Numbered from the stretch's first letter, positions 8,194 through 18,771 are shown. The stretch: 64,000 nucleotides of DNA from Candidatus Latescibacterota bacterium (GCA_965204725.1 OZ242005.1:1056001-1120000); one strand, 5' to 3'. Numbers and translations: made by a program. The notes: generated by a model not told the origin, from the sequence alone.

Positions 8194-10335
8194 ATGACCG
8201 CTGAAATGGGTAAGTACTTGGCCCACCTCAGGGACAAAGCCGGTCTCAAGCAGAATGAACTGGCCCAGAAAGTGACGTGGAGCCCGGCAGTTCTCTCCCG
8301 CGTAGAATCGGGAGGACGGGATGTGTCCACCGAAGAGTTGAACTCTATCTTGGAGGCAATCGGCACCGAGGAAGCCCTGCGATTTCGAGAGACCGTCGGG
8401 CGCGTTTGGCAGAAGTTGCAGAAGCCACCGTTCGGACACCCCGACGAGTCGTTTCTTTGGGAAGCAGAGCAGGCACTCCAGAGCGTAGAAGAGCTTTCGG
8501 CAAGGCCGGACATCAAGAACGTATTTGTGAAGCGCTTGGAAGAATTTCATGATGAACTCGACAAAGCTGCCGAGCTCGTCTTGGGAACAGAGCACAGCGT
8601 CGCGTTCGTCGGAGACATTGGCGTAGGGAAATCCACAGCTATATGCCGCGTAGCTGACCTTGAGGTGCAAAAAGAGAATAAGGTTGATCCCGTGCTTGAA
8701 GCAGGTGGGGGTGGAGTAACCGTATGCGAAGTCCATCTCGTGCAGGGACCTCACTACGGGCTCGTCGTCGAACCTATGGACGAAAGCGAGCTCCGCAGAG
8801 AAGTCCTTGAGTTCGCGTCTTTCCTCAGGCATTCCCCAGAGGAACATCAAGAAGAGGAAACAGGGGATCTAGATGCTCACGGGACCTCAAAAGAGATAGA
8901 GCGTGCAATCCGAAACATGAGCAGGCTTACTAAGAAAGTCAGCAGAAAGACGGGACCTGATGGTAAGAAGGTACGGGTGTCCGTGGATCCCGCCGAGGAT
9001 CTGGCTGAGAAATTCTCAGCCTCGAATGCGCTTGCCGTAGAAATCTTGGAGCGAATGAGGCTCCAAAAGAGGACAAGGCGAGAGCTATGGCTCTCCGAAG
9101 CCTCCAGCGAGGACCCGCTGCTGTGGTTGAAGAAAAATTTTGAGCAGGTGAACAACGGGAGGCATCCCGAGTTTTCTATACCAAAGCGCATCGAGATCTC
9201 TGTGCCCCAACGAATTCTTGAGGAGGAAGCACTGTCCATCCGCATGGTGGACACTAAGGGCATTGATCGGACAGCCGAACGCCGGGACTTGGAAGAACAT
9301 TTCAATGCCCCTAATACGATTGTGGTCCTTTGCTCCTCCTTTAACGATGCGCCTTCAAACTCGGTGCAACAGCTATTGGAAAGGGCGGAAAAAGGACGGG
9401 TTGCTAACTTACAGGACAAGGCCGCAGTGCTGGCGTTGCCACGACCCGACGAGGCCCTTGCTGTGAAGGATGATGAAGGGTTTAGAGCCGAAACCGTGGA
9501 CGAGGGGTATGAACTCAAAGGGGACCAAGTTGAAATGCGCTTAGAAGCACTGAATGTCTCCGATGTGCGCGTCGAATTCTTCAATGCGCGTGAAGATGCA
9601 CCTAAACGCCTCAGTGACTTTTTGTTGAAATTGGTCCATGGTCTAAGGAAAAGGCACCGTGAAAATCTTGAGGAGGCGATAGACGGTGCCAATCATCTGG
9701 TGCAAAATTTTGAAGAGAAACAGGTCCAAGAGATACAGCAACAGGCAGCCAGACGCCTGAGCGTATGGCTAGAACACAATCAGCAGATCGGCCACTTCTC
9801 CAAGGGCTTACAGGATAGCTTGCTCGCGGCCATCGCAAGAGCACATGCGAGTTCTTTACGGGCAAGCGTTCGTCGTCAAGGAGAATGGTACAACCTTGAT
9901 TATTCTCACCAACTCGACAACGGTGCCCGAGTGGTGGCCGCAGGTGCTGTGGGAGCCAAACAAGATAAACTCGAGGCGGTTACTGATAATCTCCTCCAAA
10001 ATAGTGATTTCAAGGAGGCTTTCGACCTAGTGCGTCAGGCCCGCCGGATTCTCAAGTCTGGAATCGACGATCTTCTTTGGAAGAGCCAACTGTTGGGAAG
10101 GACAATCCATACTAGGGATATGATGCCCGATGGACAACTCTGGAATAAGTGCAACGAGGAATGGGGCGGAGGTTCAGGGTATCGTGATCGGGTATTGAAG
10201 CACCACCGAGATTGGTTTGCTGATGGCAGCCACGCCATCAATGCACAGGCACTTGTTGAACTTGTCGAAAAGGAATGGCGGGAAATCCTGAATCGTCTAG
10301 CGGCTATTCTCGACTTCAAGGAGGACGAGGAATGA
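8194..10335 (+). CDS. XRE-type HTH fused to dynamin-like P-loop GTPase
   Basis: ATG after AAGGAGG; HTH LRDKAGLKQNELAQKVTWSPAVLSRVESG; G1 GDIGVGKST, G2 GGVTVCE, G3 VDTKG; long helical C-terminus. Confidence 0.75.
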   Translation: MTAEMGKYLAHLRDKAGLKQNELAQKVTWSPAVLSRVESGGRDVSTEELNSILEAIGTEEALRFRETVGRVWQKLQKPPFGHPDESFLWEAEQALQSVEELSARPDIKNVFVKRLEEFHDELDKAAELVLGTEHSVAFVGDIGVGKSTAICRVADLEVQKENKVDPVLEAGGGGVTVCEVHLVQGPHYGLVVEPMDESELRREVLEFASFLRHSPEEHQEEETGDLDAHGTSKEIERAIRNMSRLTKKVSRKTGPDGKKVRVSVDPAEDLAEKFSASNALAVEILERMRLQKRTRRELWLSEASSEDPLLWLKKNFEQVNNGRHPEFSIPKRIEISVPQRILEEEALSIRMVDTKGIDRTAERRDLEEHFNAPNTIVVLCSSFNDAPSNSVQQLLERAEKGRVANLQDKAAVLALPRPDEALAVKDDEGFRAETVDEGYELKGDQVEMRLEALNVSDVRVEFFNAREDAPKRLSDFLLKLVHGLRKRHRENLEEAIDGANHLVQNFEEKQVQEIQQQAARRLSVWLEHNQQIGHFSKGLQDSLLAAIARAHASSLRASVRRQGEWYNLDYSHQLDNGARVVAAGAVGAKQDKLEAVTDNLLQNSDFKEAFDLVRQARRILKSGIDDLLWKSQLLGRTIHTRDMMPDGQLWNKCNEEWGGGSGYRDRVLKHHRDWFADGSHAINAQALVELVEKEWREILNRLAAILDFKEDEE

Positions 10336-10369
10336 ACGCAACTCTCCGTAGTCGGCGTTGTTCTTAGCC

Positions 10370-10646
10370 TAGAAGCTATCTCATAAATAGTCTGGCCGTG
10401 CTACGTTAGTGGTATTCCCTTTCGGAGGTATCTCTTATGGATCGTACCGATGACCAGTGGTCGATCGTGTCCCCGCTGCGGCCGGCGTGTCCCAAACGCC
10501 GCGATGGCCGGGGTCGTCCTTGGCGTTGTAACCGGGCGGTGCTCAATGGTATTCTGTGGATTCTCCGCACCGGGGCGCCTTGGCATGACCTGCCTGATCG
10601 CTATCCGTCCTACCAGACCTGCCATCGTCGATTCCAACGGTGGTCG
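10370..10646 (+). mobile_element. IS5-family transposase 5' fragment (DUF4096), interrupted
   Basis: ORF from 10437: TDDQWSIV...[37 protein letters not shown], cut at the IS4 end. Left boundary approximate. Confidence 0.85.
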
Positions 10647-11330
10647 CTAAGTACACGACAGTAACATGTGTTCATATTGTCGTGCGTATTTAGGTTGTTC
10701 TTGTGCTTGATGTATGATTTGGGTGAGTTGGTCGAGTCCTCGTCGCCACAGGCTGATGGCTCTTCGTCCGTGTTTTTTTATGGGGCTGGGTTTTGTCTGC
10801 TGGAGTTGTAGTCCTACCAGCAGCGTCCACAGGAGCGTCCACGCGAGCAGCCCCAGCAGCAAGGGCAAGCGTTGGGGGTGGGTCCGATGAGTATCTTGGC
10901 GGTTAAATCCTCTCGATTTCAAACACGCAAAGGTGGTCTCAATCGTCCAGCGTTGTCCATAGAGGGTTCGCACCTGCTTTAGGTCGGTTCGGTTGGTGAT
11001 CAGCAGGATGGGTTCGCCGTGGGCGGGACGATGACAGACCAAGTTCACGGTCACGCCGCCGTAGAGGGTGGTCTGAGGGTAATATCGGGTGGTGTTTTGG
11101 GGCATTCGCGCATTAAACGTCGCGCCATAGCACTGCCGCCCATCTTGGAGGGTCCGCCGGGTGTTGCCGTGCAGACGGATAACAAAATCGACCGCTTGCT
11201 CCTGTAGAAAGGTCCACCACGCTCGCCCCATACACTCGCGGTCAGCGCCCAGACAGCACATCCTTCGGTCGAAGTAGGACAACACTTGGGTTAGCAGGTG
11301 CTTCCGTTCGGCGGTGTTGGAGTTGCCCTA
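10647..11330 (-). mobile_element. IS4-family transposase 3' fragment (pseudogene)
   Basis: GNSNTAERK, ADRE, YGQRWTIETTFACLKSRGF, ends LLSCT*; N-terminal part missing. Confidence 0.85.
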
Positions 11331-12765
11331 TCTGAACGGCGAGTTGCCGTAACTCGCTATCAGTCAGGCTCGGAATCGGCACCTTAACGGCCCCCGCCAC
11401 CTCAAGAGGCTCCAAGTGTTTACCGGGCTGACTCAAAACGATCAGTGTGCTGCCAAGCGGTAGATCTAGGGCCGCAAGTGCCTCGGCCAGTGTGAAGGAC
11501 GGATCAATGGTTGGCGATCTACCGCTGACATGAGAAACGCGAGTAACGTGGTCTATCCCATCGACCACGAGGGCGACACGGTGATCGGGCTGCTTCCTGA
11601 GTGCTGCAACGACAGTTTCCTCAAGTGCCTCCTCATCGACCGCAAACCTTGGCCGCTGCTTGGAAACCAGTTCTGGGTCAGATTCGGCGATTCGTCCAAG
11701 GAGACTCCCGAATACTGACTCTGTAAGAACGCGAGGGAGCCGTTCCCCATCCGCGTCGCCGAGGTAACAGTAATGCTCTGCAACGAGCCATTCCTTGTTT
11801 GAAAGACTGTTGATCATTTGCTGGCAAATCCAAGACTTCCCTTGTCCTGGTGGACCCACGAGCAAGATGACTTTCCCCGCGGCGGTCGCTGTAGCCGCCT
11901 GTTGAACTAGTTTGGCCACGGTCCTAGAGCGCGATACCTCAATGGTTTGATCAACTGGATGGGCACGGACGACCGCGCCGAAGTCGCTACGGAGTTGAGC
12001 CCGACGCAGTAGTTCCGATGTGGTGACAGTCATGGAACCCTGCCGTGCGATGCGGGCAGACCTGATGAGAGCCTCAGCAACATCGACAGCCGATCTGTCT
12101 GCATTTGGGTACATCCCCGCGCCGACTTCGGTCTGGACGCGTTTGAGCAACAATTGCTCTGCCGCACCCGGTTCGGTCAGATCCAAGCTCGCAGCTGGCG
12201 CATCAAGCTCAACGACGAGGCGTTCACAAACCCAATCTAGATCTGGACGTTCAACGGCTCCTTGGATAAAAACAAAAGGCTTAGCTGCCAAGTCGCTGAG
12301 TTCTTCCCAGAGAGCATCGGCACGGAAGCGCATACGTACGCTGTCCATTCTAGGCAAAATTGGGCCAGGGTCAGGATTCGCCGGTTCAAGAACCGCGAGT
12401 AGCCGTGCGTCGGTCGGCGGTGCGTCGCGCAATACGATTCGGAAAGAAAATCCCTTGGCTTGAATTCCCGGTCCATCTCGATCTGCAAGCACGGTCGAAA
12501 TTACACGATCCAATCGAAGACTACGTGCATCACTGGTGAATGTCGCCAGCGTCAGGGCTTGATCGGCATTATCCGTATGCTTGATTTGTATGCGCTCCCG
12601 ACAGCCTGTTTCATCCACAGTGGTCAGGTCATCAAATCTGTCGTCCGGTACCAGTTTCTCGTCAACACGGATATTCACGATTGATCCAAGCATGACATCT
12701 ACTAGCCGTGTAGCTACCAGCAGATCCTGATACTCGTACCCTCGATAAGCAGATGTTAGTGCCAC
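11331..12765 (-). pseudogene. Truncated Avs-like protein: PD-(D/E)xK nuclease + STAND/NACHT ATPase, sensor region lost
   Basis: RGYEYQD...RFDDL...RIQIKH; Walker A GPPGQGKS, Walker B LVVDGIDH; reading frame runs into IS4 sequence at ~11330. Confidence 0.7.
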
Positions 12766-12896
12766 GGTTTTAAATAGACGTTGGTTAGAAGTGAAGTGAA
12801 ACCCTTTGGATAGCAGGATAACACCGCGTCCAAGGTGCGTCGGTACAGAGCCGCATGCGGCTGCGGTACTGTTCCTCCTAATACCTTACACCTAAC

Positions 12897-13973
12897 TCAG
12901 TACACCCCCACCACCACGGACTCCTGCAACTCCGTCAGCAGGCGCAGGTCTTTGACGCCGTCCCAAGGATAGGCATCGATGGGCGCGGCGCGTTCGGCCT
13001 CGTCGCGCTCGAGAAAGCGGGGCATGAAAAATTCCTTGGTCAGGGTGGTGAGCATGACTTGGCCGGTCTCGCCGTAGCCGACTTTGCGCGCGGGATCGCT
13101 GGGATCGACCAGCTCGATGACGGCGCGGGGCTGCGGCGGGTAGTAAGTGATGGCGTACTCGTCGGCCGGGTCAAAGGGCTTGGGGCAGGCGAGGCCCATC
13201 AGGGTGTTGCCGTAGGTGGGCACAAAGGCGAGGCCGGGCACCAGCTCCTCGCGGGCGAAGCGATGGAACTGGGCGTTCATCTCCGTGCCGCCGCAGAAGA
13301 CGCCCTTGATGCCCAGCTTGGGCAGGGAGACTTTTTCGCAGAGGGCTTCGAGGAGCCGGGGGGTGGTGAACACGCACTGCACGTTGTCGTGAGTCTTGAG
13401 GATTTTGAGGGCCTGATCGACGATGTGGGCCTTGTAGGCTTCTAGCTCTCGCATCTGGCCGGCGCGGATGAGTTCGTTGACCCAGCGCGGGTCGAGATCG
13501 ACCATGAAGCACAAGCCGCCGCGGTGCTGGGCCAAGTACTCAATGGCGAGGCGCAGGCGGCGCGGCCCCGAAGGCCCCAGCATCAGCCAGTCGGCCCCCT
13601 GAGGAAAATCCGCCGCGGACAGGCTCTCGCTGTAGAGCGCGTAGTCGGTTTGGAAGTCGCGGATGTTGATGCGGTATTTGGGCAGGCCGGTCGAGCCGCC
13701 GGTCTCAAAGACGTAGATCGGCTCGTCGGCATACGCTTGGGGAACCCACTGGCGCACCGGGCCGCCGCGCAGCCACTCGTCCTCAAAGTGGCCGAGCCGG
13801 GCCAAGTCGGCGTAGGAGCGAATGTGCTCGCGGGGGTCGAAGCCGAGCCGCTGGGCGTAGGAAAGCCAAAATGGGCAGCCGGTCTCCGGGCTGAAGTGCC
13901 ACTCGACGATGGCGCGGACGTGGGCGTCAAGGGCGGCGCGGGCGGCCGCGATCGCAGCGGGCGAAACGCTCAT
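12897..13973 (-). CDS. EhpF/phenylacetate-CoA-ligase-like adenylate-forming enzyme
   Basis: ETGGSTGLPK loop, GGTEM, YGNTLMG, RFLERD; ATG 13973 overlaps the upstream stop. Confidence 0.75.
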   Translation of the reverse strand: MSVSPAAIAAARAALDAHVRAIVEWHFSPETGCPFWLSYAQRLGFDPREHIRSYADLARLGHFEDEWLRGGPVRQWVPQAYADEPIYVFETGGSTGLPKYRINIRDFQTDYALYSESLSAADFPQGADWLMLGPSGPRRLRLAIEYLAQHRGGLCFMVDLDPRWVNELIRAGQMRELEAYKAHIVDQALKILKTHDNVQCVFTTPRLLEALCEKVSLPKLGIKGVFCGGTEMNAQFHRFAREELVPGLAFVPTYGNTLMGLACPKPFDPADEYAITYYPPQPRAVIELVDPSDPARKVGYGETGQVMLTTLTKEFFMPRFLERDEAERAAPIDAYPWDGVKDLRLLTELQESVVVGVY

Positions 13974-15397
13974 TGGTCCTCTGCTGCGATCGCGAAGAGG
14001 GTGTTGCGCGAGGCGATGTAGAGCACGCCGTCGCGGGCGACCGGAGTGGTGTACACGGCACTGCCCAGATTGGTCTCGTGGAGTACGGCGAGGGTTTTGC
14101 CGGCCTTGAGCACCGCGACATCGCCGTCCTCGTCGCCGATATAGACCTTGCCGTCGGCGACAAAGGGCGAGCCCCATACCGCAGCAAACGTGTCGTGCGT
14201 CCAGTGGTGGGTGCCGGTCTTGGCGTCGAGGCAATAGACGAAGCCGCTTAGGTCGGCGGCGTAGAGCAGGCCGTCGGCAATGGCGACGGTGGAGATGGTG
14301 CGGTGGTAGGCTTTGCCGCCTACGTGCCAGACCGCGCCCGTCGCGGTGATGTCGCCGGTGCCGGTGGGGTCAATGGCCCACAGGTGTCCTTCGCCTTCGC
14401 CGTGCTCGGGATCTTGGCCGACGCCGATATAGACCAAGCCGTCGTGAAAGACGGGCGTTGAGACGAGGTTGTTGCGGGTGCCGCGCCCGCCCAATGCCCA
14501 CACCGATTCCTTGGGGTTGCAGTCGAATTTCCAGATCAGTTCGCCGGTGTCGGGGGCGAGGGCATAGACCCAGCCGTCGCCGCCGGGGAAAATGACCTGC
14601 TTGCGGCCCCCGGCCTCGCCGTAAGCGGGATTGGACCACTGGCCGTGCAGAATCCGGTCGCCGGGCAAGTCGCTGTCCCAGAGGAGGCGACCGGTCTGCA
14701 TGTCGAGGGCGATAAAGCTGGGGGCAAAGGGAGCCGGGATGTGGATGTGGCTCTCATCGACGCCGTTGCTGGTCAAGGCAAAGAGTCGGCCATCCACGCC
14801 GAGGGGCGAGCTGGTTGCGAGGTTGTGGGGGAAGACGTCCAACTCGGCGATCATGTCGAATCTCCAGATAAGATCCGCGTTGGTGGGCGCGGTGGCGGGT
14901 TCGTCGGTGATCGGGCCGTCGTTCTCGCCGTCGCGGAAGCCTTCGGTGTCGAGGCACAGGACTTCGGCGCGATTGGAGACATAGTAAAGGCGGTCGCCGG
15001 CGATGTATGGGGTGGAGCAGACGCCCTGCTGCGGCCAGTCGTTGACGCGGCCGGCCGGCAGCTTGGGATGGGCGATTTGCCAGAGGAACGAGCCGTCCGC
15101 TAAGGAAAAGGCCATGACCACCCCCCGGTCGCCTTGGTGGCTGGGATCGCGCTCGGCTTGGTTGTTGGTGCCGACGAAAATTTTGTCGCCGGCGATCAAA
15201 GGCCCGCCGTAGGTCTGCGAGCCGAGCGCGGCACGCCACTTGACGTTTGCCCCGGTCTCGACGTCCCAAACGGTGGGCAGGTTTTGCTCGCCCGAGGCTT
15301 GGTTGCGCCCCGGCGAGCCGCCCCACATCGCGGTTTGGGCGCTAGCGGAAGCGGTTAGGGCGAGGAGGAGGAGGAAGTGCTGAGCCATCGTTTTCAT
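13970..15397 (-). CDS. Secreted PQQ-like beta-propeller repeat protein
   Basis: Signal peptide; WGGSPGRN and repeated STP/SP...YxLDxxTG..W blades; ATGA coupling. Confidence 0.88.
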   Translation of the reverse strand: MKTMAQHFLLLLALTASASAQTAMWGGSPGRNQASGEQNLPTVWDVETGANVKWRAALGSQTYGGPLIAGDKIFVGTNNQAERDPSHQGDRGVVMAFSLADGSFLWQIAHPKLPAGRVNDWPQQGVCSTPYIAGDRLYYVSNRAEVLCLDTEGFRDGENDGPITDEPATAPTNADLIWRFDMIAELDVFPHNLATSSPLGVDGRLFALTSNGVDESHIHIPAPFAPSFIALDMQTGRLLWDSDLPGDRILHGQWSNPAYGEAGGRKQVIFPGGDGWVYALAPDTGELIWKFDCNPKESVWALGGRGTRNNLVSTPVFHDGLVYIGVGQDPEHGEGEGHLWAIDPTGTGDITATGAVWHVGGKAYHRTISTVAIADGLLYAADLSGFVYCLDAKTGTHHWTHDTFAAVWGSPFVADGKVYIGDEDGDVAVLKAGKTLAVLHETNLGSAVYTTPVARDGVLYIASRNTLFAIAAEDQ

Positions 15398-17559
15398 TGC
15401 CAAACTTTCAGGTTGTCGTAGTAGATTGCAGCGGGAGAATAGCCGTAGAGCCCGGGGCTGCCGCTGCGGTTGGGCAGCGGGTCGATCGCTTGGATGGTCC
15501 ACCTAGCTGGCTCCGGCTCGTCGCGGGGCCAGACCTTGCCGCGGATATGGGCTGCATCGCCTTCGATTTCCACCTGCATCTTCATGGTGTACCAGACGCC
15601 GGGCGCAAAGGCGAAGGGAACGGTTTTGGCCATGCGCAGTTCGGCGGCCCAAGTGCGGACCTGCAACTGCTGGTGATAGCCCATCAGGTCGAGGGTGTAG
15701 CGCTGGGCAATCAGCCCCATGTCGGGGACGGCGCGGCCCTTCTTATTGCCGAGCAGGTCGGCTTGGATGGTGTAACCGGCCATGTCGGGCGGGCCGAAAT
15801 ACGTGTTGGCGCGGTGCAAGCCGCGCGCGGCCGGCGGCTTGACCAACACCTTGTTGCCCGCTATTGCGCGCACCTTGAATTTGCTGCCCACGCCGACCCA
15901 AGCCGGCGCGGCCTCAGCGGCGAACCCCTCAAAGTCTTCGCGGTAGGTCGGCGGCGGCAGCACGGCGATGCGCGCTTGGGCGGTCAATGCGCCGGTGCGG
16001 GCGGTGATGGTGCCGCCGCTCGGTGCATCTGCGAGCGTGAGCACGTCGTCGTCGAGTTGGCCGACCGGGCCGGCGAGCGACCACTCGGCGGCGACCGGCC
16101 CGATCCGGCGGCCCTGCGCGTCGAAGGCCCGAGCGCGCAACGACACGCGGGCCTTCGGCGGGGCTGCTACTTCGGCGGGAATGAGTTGCAGGAGCGCCGG
16201 TTGCGCGCTGGGGGGCGCTTGTTCGCGCGGGTAGTTGGCCTCGGTTGCTGCGACCTCGAACTGCGCGGCTGGGTCGCCGAGGCAGTACAGGCCCGCTTCT
16301 GTGGAAAGGTAGAGGCGGCCGTAGGCGATGGCGGGCGATCCGAACAGCTCGGCCGGTCGACCGTCGGGCATTGCAATTTCGGCGCGGTCGAGCGTCTCGG
16401 CGTCGTCGGGGCCAAGGGCGACGATGGCGAAGCGGCCGTTGACCTCGGGCGCGTAGAGCCGGCCGTCGGCCAACACGGGCGACCCCTTGCCGACGGTGCC
16501 GATGTTGTGGATCCAGTGCAGTTGGCCGGTCTCGGCCGCGAACGCGTGGATGTTGGCCGAGTTGTCGATGATGTACAAGCGGCCGTCGTGGACTACCGGG
16601 CTGCTATAGCCGGCGAAAATGCCGTCGTAACGCCAGACTTCGTGAGTGTTGGTGACGTCGCCTCGTCCGGTGGCGTCGATGCACACGACGCGGCCGAGGG
16701 CGGTATTGTCGAGGTTTTCCTCGCTGTGGGCCGCGTACACCTTGTCGCCGGCGACGACGACCGAGGAGTTGATGCCGCGCCGACTGAGCTTAAAGCCCCA
16801 CGCTGTCTCGCCAGTGCGGATTTGCAGCGCGTAGATGGCACCGTCGGCATTGCCGCCGATGAGCAGGCGGACGCCGTTGATGACGGCGACGACGGGCACG
16901 GAGTACGTGGTGTCGAGCGGCCGGCCCCCTGGGGTGGCGATCCAGACGACTTGGCCGCTGCGCTTGTCAAAGGCGAAGTAGCGGTGGCGGCCCGGGGTGT
17001 GGTCGCCCCAATTGGAGCTGAGATAGCTGATGATGACGAGGTCTTCATCGACTACGGGAGTGTGGACGCGGCCACCGTACCCGGAGATGCGCCCAAATTC
17101 CTCGGTCAGCGACCGCGACCAGACGACTTGGCCGTCGCGATCAAAGCAAAAGAACAGCCCGCTGACCGTGTGGGCATAGACATAGCCGGTCTCTGGGTCG
17201 CCGGCGAGGCTGGCCCAGCCGACGCGGTTGAAGGGGATAGTGGTGTGGAAGATGTTGTAGGGGTGTTCCCACAGCAGGCCCCCGTCTCGGGCGTCAAAGG
17301 CGGCCACGACGCCTTCTCGGGCGATACCCTCGCCGCGCCGGCCAATGACAAAGACCCGGCCATTGAGGACGATGGGGGTCGAGCGGCCGGTGAATTCGGC
17401 GCGCCAGACCGGCGACCAAGATGAGACGAGGCCGGTTTCTTCGGAGACGCCGGTTTGCGCCGGGCCGCGCCAAGAAGGCCAGTCGGCTGAAAAAGCACTC
17501 GCAGCGACGAGCAGGAGGCCAAAAAGGACGAAGAGAAGGTTCAGGCGGAGGTTGGGCAC
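15394..17559 (-). CDS. Secreted PQQ-like beta-propeller protein with C-terminal beta-sandwich domain
   Basis: GTG 17559, signal peptide, ADWPSWRG, propeller repeats, C-terminal KVWPRDEPEP..W..GSPGLYG...YYDNLKV. Confidence 0.85.
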   Translation of the reverse strand: MPNLRLNLLFVLFGLLLVAASAFSADWPSWRGPAQTGVSEETGLVSSWSPVWRAEFTGRSTPIVLNGRVFVIGRRGEGIAREGVVAAFDARDGGLLWEHPYNIFHTTIPFNRVGWASLAGDPETGYVYAHTVSGLFFCFDRDGQVVWSRSLTEEFGRISGYGGRVHTPVVDEDLVIISYLSSNWGDHTPGRHRYFAFDKRSGQVVWIATPGGRPLDTTYSVPVVAVINGVRLLIGGNADGAIYALQIRTGETAWGFKLSRRGINSSVVVAGDKVYAAHSEENLDNTALGRVVCIDATGRGDVTNTHEVWRYDGIFAGYSSPVVHDGRLYIIDNSANIHAFAAETGQLHWIHNIGTVGKGSPVLADGRLYAPEVNGRFAIVALGPDDAETLDRAEIAMPDGRPAELFGSPAIAYGRLYLSTEAGLYCLGDPAAQFEVAATEANYPREQAPPSAQPALLQLIPAEVAAPPKARVSLRARAFDAQGRRIGPVAAEWSLAGPVGQLDDDVLTLADAPSGGTITARTGALTAQARIAVLPPPTYREDFEGFAAEAAPAWVGVGSKFKVRAIAGNKVLVKPPAARGLHRANTYFGPPDMAGYTIQADLLGNKKGRAVPDMGLIAQRYTLDLMGYHQQLQVRTWAAELRMAKTVPFAFAPGVWYTMKMQVEIEGDAAHIRGKVWPRDEPEPARWTIQAIDPLPNRSGSPGLYGYSPAAIYYDNLKVWQ

Positions 17560-17678
17560 GGCGCGTCTGCCTCGATCGGGGTGGCGGTTCAACATGCGTT
17601 GGCTACAGGGTACATAATGGACGCCGCCAATCCTTGTCAATTTAGCGATGCGGCGAGCCACGGGGCCGAGTTCATTCT

Positions 17679-18668
17679 TTACGGGCGTCGCGCCTCGCGC
17701 TCCACTAACGCGCTGATGGCTTCGAGGTCGAGGTCGCGGCCGTCTTGGGGATAGGGGTAAGGCAAAAGCCACCAATCCTCAGTAAAGGAGGCTTCGCCGC
17801 CGGGCGGAATATCCTCGCGCGGCCCAATCGGCTCCAACTCGCACATCAGGTCTTGGTAATACCAGATCGAAATAGTCAGCCCGGCCAGTTCGCCGTAGGG
17901 GCGGTCGGGGTACACGGGATAGCGCTTGACCCACAGCAGGTCGTTGCGGTCGAGGTACGCGAACCACCCGGCTTGCGAGTCCATGCCGAGCTTGGGGTTG
18001 AGCGGCGTGGAAAGGATTTCGAGGAAGTTGTCGCGGATGCGGATATTGGGGTCTTCGGGCCGGTAGTTGATGACCGGGCCGGGGCCGTACATGACATAGG
18101 AGGCCGGGAAGCGGCTCGCCGGCGTCAGGGGGATGAGCACGATGCCGCCGCCCGTGCCAAAGGTGCGGCTCCAGTGCCCCCAGTGTTTTTCGCGGTCGGA
18201 GACGTTTTTGATGGTTTGGGTGACGCGCAAGTGCGTGGAATGCTCGGCGAGTGCGAAGTCGCGGATGAGTTGGACGCCGGTGGGCGCGTCCTTTTTGCTG
18301 ATTAGGCGCGCCGAGCGCGGGCCGGTAATCTGGCTTTCCCACGGCCCGAGCCAGAGGTCGGGATGAGCCGGGATGACCATTTCCGGGCCGATGTCGAGGC
18401 GGCCGCCCGTAGGACCAAAGGGCGGGGCACCGTCGGCAAAGGTCGCGCCTGCTTGCGCGGGGTCGAGGTAGATGGCGTTGGGGCCTTTGCGCGAGTATTC
18501 GAGGATGCGGCCAGCCGATCCGGTGAGGACGACGCGGGTGTGGGCGTTTTCGAGCAAGATGCAGTCCTCGTAGCCGAAGTACGGGATGCGGTCCGTTCCG
18601 GGCATGTTGGGCTCGGCTCCTGTTTGGATGGCGGTTAGGGTGACAAGTAGAAGCGTTAGTCGGCGCAT
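17679..18668 (-). CDS. Secreted DUF4380/galactose-mutarotase-like protein
   Basis: Signal peptide; LEN..RVVL..AGRILEY, ELEPIGP...FTEDW. Confidence 0.6.
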   Translation of the reverse strand: MRRLTLLLVTLTAIQTGAEPNMPGTDRIPYFGYEDCILLENAHTRVVLTGSAGRILEYSRKGPNAIYLDPAQAGATFADGAPPFGPTGGRLDIGPEMVIPAHPDLWLGPWESQITGPRSARLISKKDAPTGVQLIRDFALAEHSTHLRVTQTIKNVSDREKHWGHWSRTFGTGGGIVLIPLTPASRFPASYVMYGPGPVINYRPEDPNIRIRDNFLEILSTPLNPKLGMDSQAGWFAYLDRNDLLWVKRYPVYPDRPYGELAGLTISIWYYQDLMCELEPIGPREDIPPGGEASFTEDWWLLPYPYPQDGRDLDLEAISALVEREARRP

Positions 18669-18686
18669 AGTGCGGTTCCTCTCGTT

Positions 18687-18771
18687 ATATAGCAGTCCTA
18701 AGTGACCAGCATGACACCGAGACGCAGCTTCGTGCCCCAGCCCTTGTCATACTGAGCGAAGCGAAGTATCT
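18687..18771. repeat. MITE-like end plus REP-like motif
   Basis: ATATAGCAGTCCTAAGTGAC matches the reverse complement of 49826-49845 at 18/20; followed by GTCATACTGAGCGAAGCGAAGTATCT. Confidence 0.55.

Noticed and set aside
11242-11330. C-terminal ~30 aa of the 507-aa ORF as native sequence
   Set aside because: It is IS4 transposase DNA read in another frame.
15397-17424. 675-aa plus-strand ORF and other long shadow ORFs (e.g. 23045-24307, 21590-23104, 44784-45800)
   Set aside because: Antisense or alternate-frame to well-supported genes, with no motifs; expected in high-GC DNA.
13970-17559. BamB or PQQ dehydrogenase assignment
   Set aside because: No lipobox or bam context, and no recognisable catalytic motifs.
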